Shown: positions 11,871 to 20,999 of the stretch, piece after piece
How positions within the stretch are numbered: position 1 is the first letter of the stretch
Layout: each line of letters begins with the position of its first letter
Assembly: GCA_009602725.1 (NCBI GenBank)
Contig: WELB01000002.1
Coordinates: 483,780 to 547,779, forward strand
DNA length: 64,000 bases
Origin: Spirogloea muscicola
Taxonomy: Eukaryota
Direction: 5' to 3'
Program-made: the position numbers and the translations under genes
The notes under the pieces: generated by a model
Databases searched by the model: none
Told to the model about the DNA's origin: nothing
The model's input: the letters and a program-made list of their open reading frames with translations, nothing else

Positions 11871-12808
11871 CGGCGGAGCGACTACAAGGGCCAATGCCCA
11901 CGCACGACGCCAACCTGCCGAAGACCGTTCAAAGCGCGACGAGGGAAGCCCATCTACAGGGACCTCAACCACCAACAAGACCGTCAAGGTGGGCGCTACC
12001 GAAGCAGTGGAAAGGCGACCGTGGAACAGACGGCCGAAGACCACCAACTCAAGGTCAGGTCGACCACTGGGTCGAATGAACGGCCCTGAGAGACCACCCT
12101 TTCCCCTTAGCCAACCAGCGAGCAGCGCACCTAGCCAATCAGGTAGCGCTAAGGTTTCACCGCATCCGGCCCATGTCGGAGCGCGCGAGCCCTGCCAAGC
12201 AGTTCGCTTGGCAAATCTCACCCTCCTGCCGCGCCTGCGCCCACCGCGCCTGTGCCGACCAAGCCTGCGTATACTCGCGCCTGCGTCCGCGAGAGCGTAG
12301 AGCCCGGCGCCCACGGCGTGCGCGCTTAGTGAGCGTTGCGCGAACCCGCTAGCGACTGCGAGAAGTCGTATTTCTTCTGTAGTGAGCAGCTTATCATTGC
12401 GCTGTTCTTGCGAGTCTTACCATCGGAGTGCTGTGCTCATTGCTTGTGCACACGTCTTTGCATTGGTTGCTTGTTTGCACGTAAGGCGCGCCCTTGAGGC
12501 CCCTTTACCATATTCACAAAAGGCGCGCCCTTGAGGCCCCTTTGAATATTGGTGGTGAACCTAGATAGGGCCGGTCTTCGGACGGTCGTGTGACTGAGAT
12601 ACTGGTGACGGGAAACTCGCGATACAGTGGCACGTTACTTTCATTTGCCAAGCGAACTCTGAGCTTGAGTTTATTGCATTGGATTGCTAGTACTTGCTTG
12701 AACTCTGCTCAAGGCTGCAAGTGCGACTGTTATCTCTGAGTTAGATTGTTGCCAGTGTTATCGATCAACTGTCGATTGCGTTGTGATCTGTTTTTCGGCT
12801 ACTATTGC

Positions 12809-15800
12809 ATGAGACTCAGGTCAGGCAATATCGTCAATCTGGAGCCTGAAGGTGAAGTTGCTTCGACAGACATTGATCTTGCATCTGAGCCAACTGGTAC
12901 TGCTGTTGCCGAATCACGTGTGGCGGCAGGTAGCTCAAGCGAGATCTCAACAACGATACGCTTTCGGAAAAGCATCAACATGGCATCAGGAGACTTGCCA
13001 AAATTCCAAGGTACACATAGCAGTGTTACTTTATCTGATGTGAAGAAACATTTCTTAGCAGAGTTGTGTCAACTGGACATGCACGGTTGCAAGGTCAGCA
13101 GGGAGTCGAAAATGACTTTACTAGCGAAGTATTTCACTGGGGACGCTGGATATATGTATGAGCAGCTTAGTGATGAGGTTTTGTCCATGACAAACCCAGT
13201 GCCTGAGTCGGCTACAGAGGTCGAAAAGCTGGCAGGTCCTCAACTAGTCGATCCTGTGGCCGAAGTCTTCCGTCGGTTCGCCAAGCAATTTCCAGAAGAC
13301 ACTCTGCAACACAAGCGAGATCTTCTTAGGTTCCAGCGAGAACCTAACGAGAATATAACAGTTTGTTATTTCAGATACGTGAAGCTGATAGAGAAGTCAG
13401 ACACCACTATCAGTCATCAGGATTTGGCGGCACAGTTCTTACGTGTTGTAGCTGGTAAAGCTCTCTGGCATGTAGTCGATTTATTGACTGTGCGCAGGCA
13501 ACAGCTCAACAAGAAACATTATGACATTCATGATGTCTATCAAGTCATGTTGGAGAGGGAGGCTGCAGAGTTCACTTTGAAAAGCTTAGATGATCGCTTT
13601 CCTGAAGTGTCCAATCCCTTCACCAGATCTGACAAGAAGTTTGGTGGTCCTGTGGTCAAGAAGCCCTTCACGAAGGCACATGTAGCCATCCCTGATGTGC
13701 AGCAGGTACCTGACCATTACAGACCTCGTCCGGCTGTGACTTGCCACAATTGTGGTAAGATTGGACACATGTCAAAACATTGTGCAGCTAGACATCAGAC
13801 TGCAGGTGCTACCTGTGGTCATTGTGCTAGATCAGGACATGTTGAGTCGCAATGTTGGCGAAAACACCCTGATAAATTGCCTGTACAATTTCGTGGCAAG
13901 AAGGCTTTGGAGATGGGAAAGCCTCCAGCTGACGGTGGTCGTGTGGATGGAGACCAACTACAGAAGTTGCAGAGACAGATTGAACAGCTGACACAACAGT
14001 TAGCTGCAAGCGAGATCAAGGCCAAGTCTAGTGCTAAGTCGGCCGCAGCTGCTGTTGTGCACTCAGATGTAGAAGAGGATGAGGATGACCTTGCAGGCAT
14101 GTATGAGGCTCAGTATGCAGCAGGGACTTCTCATAAGTATGGGTATTCTCACCTGGCATCGATTGTTGCTGCAGTACCGGAGTCTTCTAACACGGCAAGC
14201 AGAAACCCAATGAAGCGAGGTGAAAATGCTATGCAGCAACTTGCTAGGACCGGCAATGCTAGGTACCCTGCAAGTTTCAAATTGAAGGCCACTCAACCTG
14301 ACTTTCTTCTATCACAGCCTCAGCTTGTTGTGAAGTCCACAGAGCCGAAGGTTACTAATCCCACTTCACTTAGTTTTGATTGCACGTTGTCCGCTGGGAA
14401 GCTGTTGGACAGGTTGTACACAGCACCTGTTTTGAGCATCAACGACCTAGGATGGACGAAAGAGGCATTGAGTAACATGCTGACCAATACTGCAGTTGAG
14501 GTTGTGCAGAACTTGCAGACTACATCTGTCGGAACTGCCACCTACTCTGAGAATAGGGCACAGTCATGTGGTTTGGATATTGTGCCTCTCAGGTCATCGG
14601 AGGAACGAAAGAAACAGTTTTCCACAGTGACAATGCTAGATAATAGTTCAGGCATATTAGAGGTCAATGCAGTCAAGCCTAATGTCGTGTTGTTAGACAC
14701 AGGGGCTCAACCGATCCTTTTGGGTCGGCGTATGATCGCTGAACTGGGTCTAGACTCTTGTGACATAGCCCCCAGTAACATCAAGATTAAGACTGCTACT
14801 GGTGGTACAGATGCTATCTTAGGACTGACCAGAAAGCCAGTTCAAATTACTCTGTATGCCAATGTCCCTAGCAGACGGACTACTTTGTCAGTGATCTGCA
14901 TGATCACTAAAGCTAGAAGTTATGACATTCTGCTAGGAACTCAATTTCTGGTGCCCATAGGTTTCGGTATGGATTTTTACAGTGAAGCAGCTTGGTATAG
15001 ACCTGATTGGCTAAATGCTGGTACTGACATTGTCCCATTACCGTTGATGAAATCGTGTACCAATGCAGACATTGAGGCCAATGCAGGGGTGCCAACTACA
15101 GACGATGTTGTGGACAGTGAGGAGCTAATGAAGCAATTGGAGAATGGACTGGAGGGAACAGAGGAGCCAACTGAAGAGCAGTTGGCCAGTCTGAGAGATG
15201 AGCTGAGGGAGATGGAGGATGTGACTCCCCCAGCCAATTCGCCACCGACCGATGCACCAGCTATTGCTCCATTAGTCAATGTTCCATCAGCTGCTACTGC
15301 TATCACTGCTGCTGCTGCGACTGCCGCTGCTGCGACTGCCGCTGCTGCTATCACTACTGCTATCGCTACTGCTGCTGCGACTGCTGCTGCGGCGACTGCC
15401 GCTGCTGCTGTTACTACTGCTACTGCTGCTACTGCTACCGGTGCTGCTGCTGCAACTGCCGCTGCTTCTGCCACTGCTGCTGCTGCTACTACTGCTGCTG
15501 CTGCTGCACCACCAACGGCACCAGCACCACCAGCGCAGAATCCACCAGGTGGACAGAAGAGAGAAATTTCACCGGCGTTTCTACGTGCAGCACTTCAGCC
15601 TGCCAAAATGATGAAACCACTCACTGCAGCAGGACTGAGTGACAGGGACTTGGCAGAGTTGACCGTTGAGGAGAATTTCCGACGGTACCTTGCGATGTTA
15701 CCAGATTGGTCTGCCACGGCAGCAATTCGGGTGGAGGAAGCATGGACATTCAAAACTTTCAATGTTTCGATGACCAACCCAGGACAAAATGAAGAGGCAG

Positions 15801-16975
15801 CCGAAGATAGGAGATTCTACGCCGGAGTTATCCCTTTCGAGTTTGGAGAGCAGGGATTAGTGGTACTAGAGTTGTTTGGAGGCAGCGCCGCAGGGTTGGC
15901 GGGTTTGTTGCGCAGCCGCTACCGAATTGCGCAGTATATTTACGTGGATAATAATCCGGCCTCACGTGAAGCTGCAGCCCACCACATCTCCATACTCAAG
16001 GAGCGGTACAACCACCTGGTGACTCCAAATACGTTTGCAACCTGGGATACTCTACTCCCAGGAGATATCCGGGAAGCGGAGAAAGTGGAGTACCTCAAAC
16101 TCTTACCCCAGGTGGACCTGGTTATCGCAGGCTTCCCTTGCGAGGGCTTCAGCCCTGCAGGCCGAGGGGAGGGATTCGGTCATGTCAACTCAGCCCTTTT
16201 CTTCCCAATGCTACGCATCCTAAAACATATCCGTAGCAGACAAAGGAAGCCCATGGCTTACATAATAGAAAATGTACAGCCAGATGATGATGCCATTGAT
16301 GCGAACAACCATTTCCGTAGGTTGTATCACATATTGGGTCCTTTTGTGACCTTAGATGCGGCAAGGGTTAGCTCGTTAGCCGACCGGAAAAGAATTTTTT
16401 GGACAAATCTGGCACCTGCGCAGCTCCTGCAAGCCTGCATCAACGGCCAGGAACGACATGACAACGCCAGGGTTGAGCTCATCCTTGATGCCGGACGGAG
16501 GGTACCACTGGTCACACTTCAAGCGACACAACATCCAGTGAACCGTCCAGGACAAGTGCGATGCACTTTACCGACCTTGGTGGCTTCTGACAAGTCTGCC
16601 GGATTCAGAATCCGGAATGGTATCATTGGTCAGGGCATGATCCTCGTTTCGCCTGTGAATACTCCAGATGTTTATGCTACGCCAACACCTCGCGAACGCG
16701 AGAAAAGCATGGGCTTCTGGCCTGGCGACATCACTCCCCATCACTTCCCTGATGTGCTCAAAAATCGTATCATAGGTCAAGCCTTTGATCTTAATGCCAT
16801 TACCTGGTTGGCTAGTGTGCTTGGTCGCTTACAGACTAAGTATCGCATGCTGAGAGTAGCGTATGAGCGTAGTCTTCTACCTCCACCTCAAGGTTCTCCA
16901 ATGTCGGTGATTGATAGGCGCATGCTGACCCTATTCCGATTTGTTGAAGCAGAGAGGGAAGAGGATGACGAATAG
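12809..16975 (+). CDS. ORF1: Gag (two CCHC knuckles) - aspartic protease - Ala/Thr linker - C5 cytosine DNA methyltransferase
   Basis: Likely start MRLRSG (ATG 12809; frame open from 12746); CHNCGKIGHMSKHC and CGHCARSGHVESQC; LLDTGAQ protease motif (~14690); DNMT motifs downstream. Confidence 0.9.
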   Translation: MRLRSGNIVNLEPEGEVASTDIDLASEPTGTAVAESRVAAGSSSEISTTIRFRKSINMASGDLPKFQGTHSSVTLSDVKKHFLAELCQLDMHGCKVSRESKMTLLAKYFTGDAGYMYEQLSDEVLSMTNPVPESATEVEKLAGPQLVDPVAEVFRRFAKQFPEDTLQHKRDLLRFQREPNENITVCYFRYVKLIEKSDTTISHQDLAAQFLRVVAGKALWHVVDLLTVRRQQLNKKHYDIHDVYQVMLEREAAEFTLKSLDDRFPEVSNPFTRSDKKFGGPVVKKPFTKAHVAIPDVQQVPDHYRPRPAVTCHNCGKIGHMSKHCAARHQTAGATCGHCARSGHVESQCWRKHPDKLPVQFRGKKALEMGKPPADGGRVDGDQLQKLQRQIEQLTQQLAASEIKAKSSAKSAAAAVVHSDVEEDEDDLAGMYEAQYAAGTSHKYGYSHLASIVAAVPESSNTASRNPMKRGENAMQQLARTGNARYPASFKLKATQPDFLLSQPQLVVKSTEPKVTNPTSLSFDCTLSAGKLLDRLYTAPVLSINDLGWTKEALSNMLTNTAVEVVQNLQTTSVGTATYSENRAQSCGLDIVPLRSSEERKKQFSTVTMLDNSSGILEVNAVKPNVVLLDTGAQPILLGRRMIAELGLDSCDIAPSNIKIKTATGGTDAILGLTRKPVQITLYANVPSRRTTLSVICMITKARSYDILLGTQFLVPIGFGMDFYSEAAWYRPDWLNAGTDIVPLPLMKSCTNADIEANAGVPTTDDVVDSEELMKQLENGLEGTEEPTEEQLASLRDELREMEDVTPPANSPPTDAPAIAPLVNVPSAATAITAAAATAAAATAAAAITTAIATAAATAAAATAAAAVTTATAATATGAAAATAAASATAAAATTAAAAAPPTAPAPPAQNPPGGQKREISPAFLRAALQPAKMMKPLTAAGLSDRDLAELTVEENFRRYLAMLPDWSATAAIRVEEAWTFKTFNVSMTNPGQNEEAAEDRRFYAGVIPFEFGEQGLVVLELFGGSAAGLAGLLRSRYRIAQYIYVDNNPASREAAAHHISILKERYNHLVTPNTFATWDTLLPGDIREAEKVEYLKLLPQVDLVIAGFPCEGFSPAGRGEGFGHVNSALFFPMLRILKHIRSRQRKPMAYIIENVQPDDDAIDANNHFRRLYHILGPFVTLDAARVSSLADRKRIFWTNLAPAQLLQACINGQERHDNARVELILDAGRRVPLVTLQATQHPVNRPGQVRCTLPTLVASDKSAGFRIRNGIIGQGMILVSPVNTPDVYATPTPREREKSMGFWPGDITPHHFPDVLKNRIIGQAFDLNAITWLASVLGRLQTKYRMLRVAYERSLLPPPQGSPMSVIDRRMLTLFRFVEAEREEDDE
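15854..16810 (+). other. C5 DNA methyltransferase catalytic domain (DNMT3-like appearance) within ORF1
   Basis: Motifs in canonical order: I VLELFGG, II YVD, III GDI, IV DLVIAGFPCEGFS, VI IIENV, VII DAA, VIII RKRIFWTNL, IX EREKSMGF, X IGQAF. Confidence 0.9.
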
Positions 16976-16981
16976 CAATTA
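16973..16981 (+). promoter_or_regulatory. Stop-codon readthrough signal UAG-CAA-UUA between ORF1 and pol
   Basis: TAG CAA TTA matches the tobamovirus-type UAG-CAR-YYA leaky-stop consensus; the same frame stays open from 16976 to 20089. Confidence 0.8.
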
Positions 16982-19900
16982 CAATGTGTAGCCCATACTG
17001 CTGATAAATCCATTGTTGAGTACAAGTGGCAGCTGGGTCTTCAGTTGAGTGATGAACAGAGGCATCGACTAACGATAATGCTTCAGGAGAATATTGCATG
17101 TTTTGCTTTCTCGGCAGCTGACTTAGGTACTTATGTGGGTGCCAAGTTCCAAATTAAACTCAGTGACGACAAGCCTATCTTCCGGAAGAGGTATACCTTG
17201 TCTCCATATGAGGATGAGCTTGTAGCGAAGAGATGTCAAGAACTGCTTGCTCTTGGTATGATAGAACCATCTAATAGTTCTTTTGCAGCACCTACAGTCC
17301 TACCAGCGAAGAAAGACGAGCATGGCAACTATACTGACAGACGCATGTGTGGTGACTACCGGTTGCTGAATGCAAATACACCCTTGGATAGGTATCCAAT
17401 GCCCACTCCGGAAGAGATTTTTAATCGCATAGGTTCTGCAAAGCTTTTCTCTGTCTTGGATTTGAAAAATGGGTTCAATCAAATTGCAATTGAGCCTGAT
17501 GATAGACACAAGACTGCATTCTGGGGCGTAGATACACTATATCAATGGACAAAGATGCCGTTTGGACTGAAGAATGCACCGTCTATGTTTCAGCGTGTTA
17601 TGGACCAGGTGTTGAAAGGAGTTCCATACGCCAAATGTTACATAGACGATGTTCTGATATTCAGTCATGAATTTGTTGAGCATGTGACTCATATTGACTC
17701 TGTTCTTAAGATGATACAGAGTTCAGGTTTGAAGTGCCATCCAGGAAAATGCCGGTTTGCACTCACTGAGGTCCATTATCTTGGGCATCAGATAACAGAG
17801 AATGGTCTTTCTCCGCAAGATAGCAAGGTGCAAGCAATCCTGTCCATTCCTGCACCTACCAATCTTACATCTTTGAGATCGTTTTTAGGACTTGCCAGTT
17901 TCTATCGTCGGTATATTGAGCATTTTAGCTCTTTGGCTCGTCCTCTCAACAGTCTGCTCAAAAAGAATACGCCTTGGCTATGGGGATCGGAACAGGAACA
18001 CGCTTTTTGCCAGTTGAAGCATTCACTGACAACAGCTCCTGTTTTACGACGTCCTGATTATGCTAAAGAGTTCCAGTTGCATACAGACTGGAGCAAACTC
18101 GGCATGGGAGCTGTACTTGTGCAGCAGGACGAAGATCACCATGATTATGTCATTGCTTATGCAAGTCGTTCTAACAATGCTGCCCAACGTAATTACTCTG
18201 CTTATGAAGGCGAATGTCTTGCAGCTGTTTGGGCTGTCACGCATTTTAGACCGTACTTATATGGACGACCTTTCAAGCTCGTCACAGATCATCAACCTTT
18301 GAAGTGGTTACTGACCACTAATCATTTGACTGGCAAACTCGCCCGATGGGCACTACGTTTGACAGAATATAAGTTTGAAATTGTTCATAAGCCAGGACTG
18401 CAGAATCTGGACGCAGATGCTCTGAGCCGCAACCCTATACCGGCAACTATGGATGAGCAATTCGCCTTGCTTTCAATTGCTATTGTGTCAGTACCTCTGA
18501 GTAGTCCTGCTTCTTACCTGGCATGCTTTGCTATGCATTCGCCACATGCCTGTGCTATAGACGGCCCTGATGATACCTTCTTTTCCAAAGATGTTTGGCT
18601 GGATCTGCCTGCACTTCATTACCTACAGAATGGCATGTATCTACCTCATCTTTCTACCATACAGAAGGATCGGGTAAAACACCGGGCCCGACGCTATGTC
18701 TGGCAAAACAATCAACTTGTTCGTCCGCATGAGGAATACGGAAACCAGGTTGTTCCTCCTCCTGCTGAACGCTTACAACTCGTCCAAGATGTTCATACGA
18801 ATTATGGACACTTCGGTGTAAAACGTACAATCAGTCTTCTCATGCCTAGATATTGGTGGCATGGTGTGACCAACACTGTTAAACAGGTTCTGTCACAATG
18901 TGAGGAATGCGACCGCATCCGTAGCACATTCTCCCTGAAGTCTCCAGTATTACATCCTTTGCCAATTGAAGGGCTCTTTTACAGATGGAGTCTTGATTTG
19001 GCGGGACCACTTCGACTGGGTGAACGGCAAAGGCCGTATGTTCTCATTATGATCGAGCATTTCTCTAAATGGGTAGAAGTTGTTATTATTCCTACCAAAA
19101 CTAGTGAACTCATCGCTGATGCTTTCAAGAATGCTGTGCTCACCCGGTATGGTGCTCCAGCAGAAGTGCTTACTGATCGAGGCACTGAATTCAAGGGTGC
19201 CTTTCAGCAGCTGTTGGACCGCAGCTTCATTGATCACCGTCTTACATCAAGGGATCATCCGCAGGCTGATGGTTTAGCAGAGCGGATGGTGCAGACGATA
19301 AAGAAAGGTTTGATGAAATATGTGATGAAACATGGCATGGAACGCTGGGACCAATTTTTACCATGGCTGATTATGGGCTATCGAATGTCAAACCAGACTT
19401 CTCTGTCTTGCTATAGTCCCTATTTTCTGCTATTCGGTCGACACCCTGTCATTCCATCTAACATCCGTCTTGTCAGTAACGACGTAAACCTGGATAACCC
19501 AGTGATTTGGTACAAGGTCTGCGCGGCCAGAGGCAAACTCTTCCAGAAGCATATGCCGATGGCCCTGAACAACTTGCGTATCGCTCAGCATCGGGATACT
19601 AACAGGTACGCTACCATTCGTAGTGGTGGGTACAAACCACAGTCTAAAGACATTGATCTTGGTGACTTTGTGTATGTGAAGGTGAAACCACAAGACGCCT
19701 TAGACTCTTCAACAGGACCTCTCATCCTTCAGGTTGTTGAGAAACACTCTTCAGGTGTGGTTAAACTTCGTGGTTCATGCAATCGTGTAATCAGTGATCA
19801 TGTTCAAAATGTTACACGTTGTCATCTGAGCAATATTGATCCAACCATTGACCCCACTAACCAATGGGTTTCTGAGAATCTATCTTGTGAACTTTGTCAG

Positions 19901-20089
19901 CGTTCCGATCAGGCAGTTCAAATGCTTTTATGTTCTCTTTGCAATAGGGGTTTCCATATACACTGCCTTGATCCACCACTGACTTCTATTTCACTGGCTG
20001 ATTGGTTCTGTGTGACCTGTTCAGATACTTTCCTAACTGCTCCACCTGTGCCAGGACTGACACTTGGGGGGGGGGGAACTACAGATTAA
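16976..20089 (+). CDS. pol: Pol: reverse transcriptase - RNase H - DDE integrase - C-terminal PHD finger
   Basis: RMCGDYRLLN, LDLKNGFNQI, MPFGLKNAP, YIDD (RT); TDWS...E...TDH...DADALSR (RNase H); H-H-CEEC, DLAG, TDRG, AERM (integrase); C4HC3 PHD at 19886-20020. Confidence 0.95.
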   Translation, partial: QLQCVAHTADKSIVEYKWQLGLQLSDEQRHRLTIMLQENIACFAFSAADLGTYVGAKFQIKLSDDKPIFRKRYTLSPYEDELVAKRCQELLALGMIEPSNSSFAAPTVLPAKKDEHGNYTDRRMCGDYRLLNANTPLDRYPMPTPEEIFNRIGSAKLFSVLDLKNGFNQIAIEPDDRHKTAFWGVDTLYQWTKMPFGLKNAPSMFQRVMDQVLKGVPYAKCYIDDVLIFSHEFVEHVTHIDSVLKMIQSSGLKCHPGKCRFALTEVHYLGHQITENGLSPQDSKVQAILSIPAPTNLTSLRSFLGLASFYRRYIEHFSSLARPLNSLLKKNTPWLWGSEQEHAFCQLKHSLTTAPVLRRPDYAKEFQLHTDWSKLGMGAVLVQQDEDHHDYVIAYASRSNNAAQRNYSAYEGECLAAVWAVTHFRPYLYGRPFKLVTDHQPLKWLLTTNHLTGKLARWALRLTEYKFEIVHKPGLQNLDADALSRNPIPATMDEQFALLSIAIVSVPLSSPASYLACFAMHSPHACAIDGPDDTFFSKDVWLDLPALHYLQNGMYLPHLSTIQKDRVKHRARRYVWQNNQLVRPHEEYGNQVVPPPAERLQLVQDVHTNYGHFGVKRTISLLMPRYWWHGVTNTVKQVLSQCEECDRIRSTFSLKSPVLHPLPIEGLFYRWSLDLAGPLRLGERQRPYVLIMIEHFSKWVEVVIIPTKTSELIADAFKNAVLTRYGAPAEVLTDRGTEFKGAFQQLLDRSFIDHRLTSRDHPQADGLAERMVQTIKKGLMKYVMKHGMERWDQFLPWLIMGYRMSNQTSLSCYSPYFLLFGRHPVIPSNIRLVSNDVNLDNPVIWYKVCAARGKLFQKHMPMALNNLRIAQHRDTNRYATIRSGGYKPQSKDIDLGDFVYVKVKPQDALDSSTGPLILQVVEKHSSGVVKLRGSCNRVISDHVQNVTRCHLSNIDPTIDPTNQWVSENLSCELCQRSDQAVQMLLCSLCNRGFHIHCLDPPLTSISLADWFCVTCSDTFLTAPPVPGLTLGGGGTTD

Positions 20090-20289
20090 AATTCGACTGT
20101 TCTTGACTTGTCCATGGTGCTGTGATGTCTGGCATGGTTCCTTAGCAGATGGATTTTCATGACAGTCTGGTCAAAGTAGCCAATATTCTCGTTTGGCTTG
20201 TGTGTACACCAAACTAGCAAGTCGGCATTTCTCTTCTTCTAGACCTATCGACGCCATCTCGCACCGACGCCCTCGCGCGTGACAGGCTC

Positions 20290-20386
20290 TCAGTACCCTC
20301 TAGTCAGCAAGTGCAGGTCAGAATAGCTAGAGGGCGGGAAGATGTCGCCCTGACGAAACCCGGAGGCAGCCGCCAGGGCGCGGCCC
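20290..20386 (-). mobile_element. RLE-LINE C-terminal fragment whose 3' UTR was split by the gypsy-like insertion
   Basis: RALAAASGFRQGDIFPPSSYSDLHLLTRGY*; its UTR continues leftwards from 11614 to ~11500. Confidence 0.75.
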
Positions 20387-20690
20387 TGTGAGCGAGAGCA
20401 CCCAGTGGCCACTTGAGTTGCTGTGCGCTTTGATGACGCTTATGCGCCAACCGGCCCTTTCAGGCCTTGTACACCCTTCGGGCTGGCTGTTCACAGCCCT
20501 AGCCCCCCTTCGGGAGACCCACTTGCCATCTCTCTTGCCGTGGGAAGCGCTTACTCTCTCCCCTTATCCACTCCTTGACTTTTCCAAGACTCCTGACGCT
20601 CGTCCTCTTTGAGGCTGACACCTCGCGCGCCGCCACCTGCGCGCAGCCCCCCGCCTCTGGCACCGCCCACGAAGTCCCGCTCGTCTGAGC

Positions 20691-20776
20691 ATGGCAGCCG
20701 CTCTGGCCGGCGCAGCCGCGGCGCTCGTCGCCGTCGCGCAGCTGGATTGCTTCGCCTCCGCCGCCGGGGACCCTGA
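20691..20776 (+). pseudogene. Orphan LRR-RLK signal-peptide first exon
   Basis: MAAALAGAAAALVAVAQLDCFASAAGD followed by a GT donor; near-identical to 39533-39618 and 25954-26051; no downstream exon on this strand. Confidence 0.6.
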
Positions 20777-20999
20777 GTGGGCAGCCCGTCCTCCTCCGTC
20801 CACTTCTGGCCACTTCAGTCGCTGTGTGCTCTAACGATTGTCCGGCCCCTTCGTTCATTCCTTTTCTGGGCTGGCCTCTCCCAGCCACCGCGCTCTCATG
20901 GAAGCATCTTACTTTCGAACTTCATTCATCCTGTTATTTGCGCTGGCCGATCACAGCCATCGCCCTCTACAAGGCCCGAAAGGGCCGGGCAGTCAGCCT

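Larger units (their letters stand above)
11615..20284 (+). mobile_element. Apparently intact Ty3/gypsy-like retroelement carrying a C5 DNA methyltransferase and PHD finger, bounded by imperfect TIRs rather than LTRs
   Basis: Termini TGTCGTGCC...GCGTGACA; 4-bp TSD GGCT (11611-11614, 20285-20288); the flanks rejoin into one RLE-LINE 3' UTR; domain order PR-RT-RH-IN; no long direct repeat seen between the ends. Confidence 0.88.

Noticed and set aside
14977..15611. Overlapping poly-Ala/Val and poly-Leu ORFs
   Set aside because: Alternative-frame readings of the GCT-repeat linker.
20077..20284. Sequence after the G-run as a 3' LTR whose 5' partner was lost
   Set aside because: No matching direct repeat upstream; the TSD and two other copies show both dissimilar ends are genuine.
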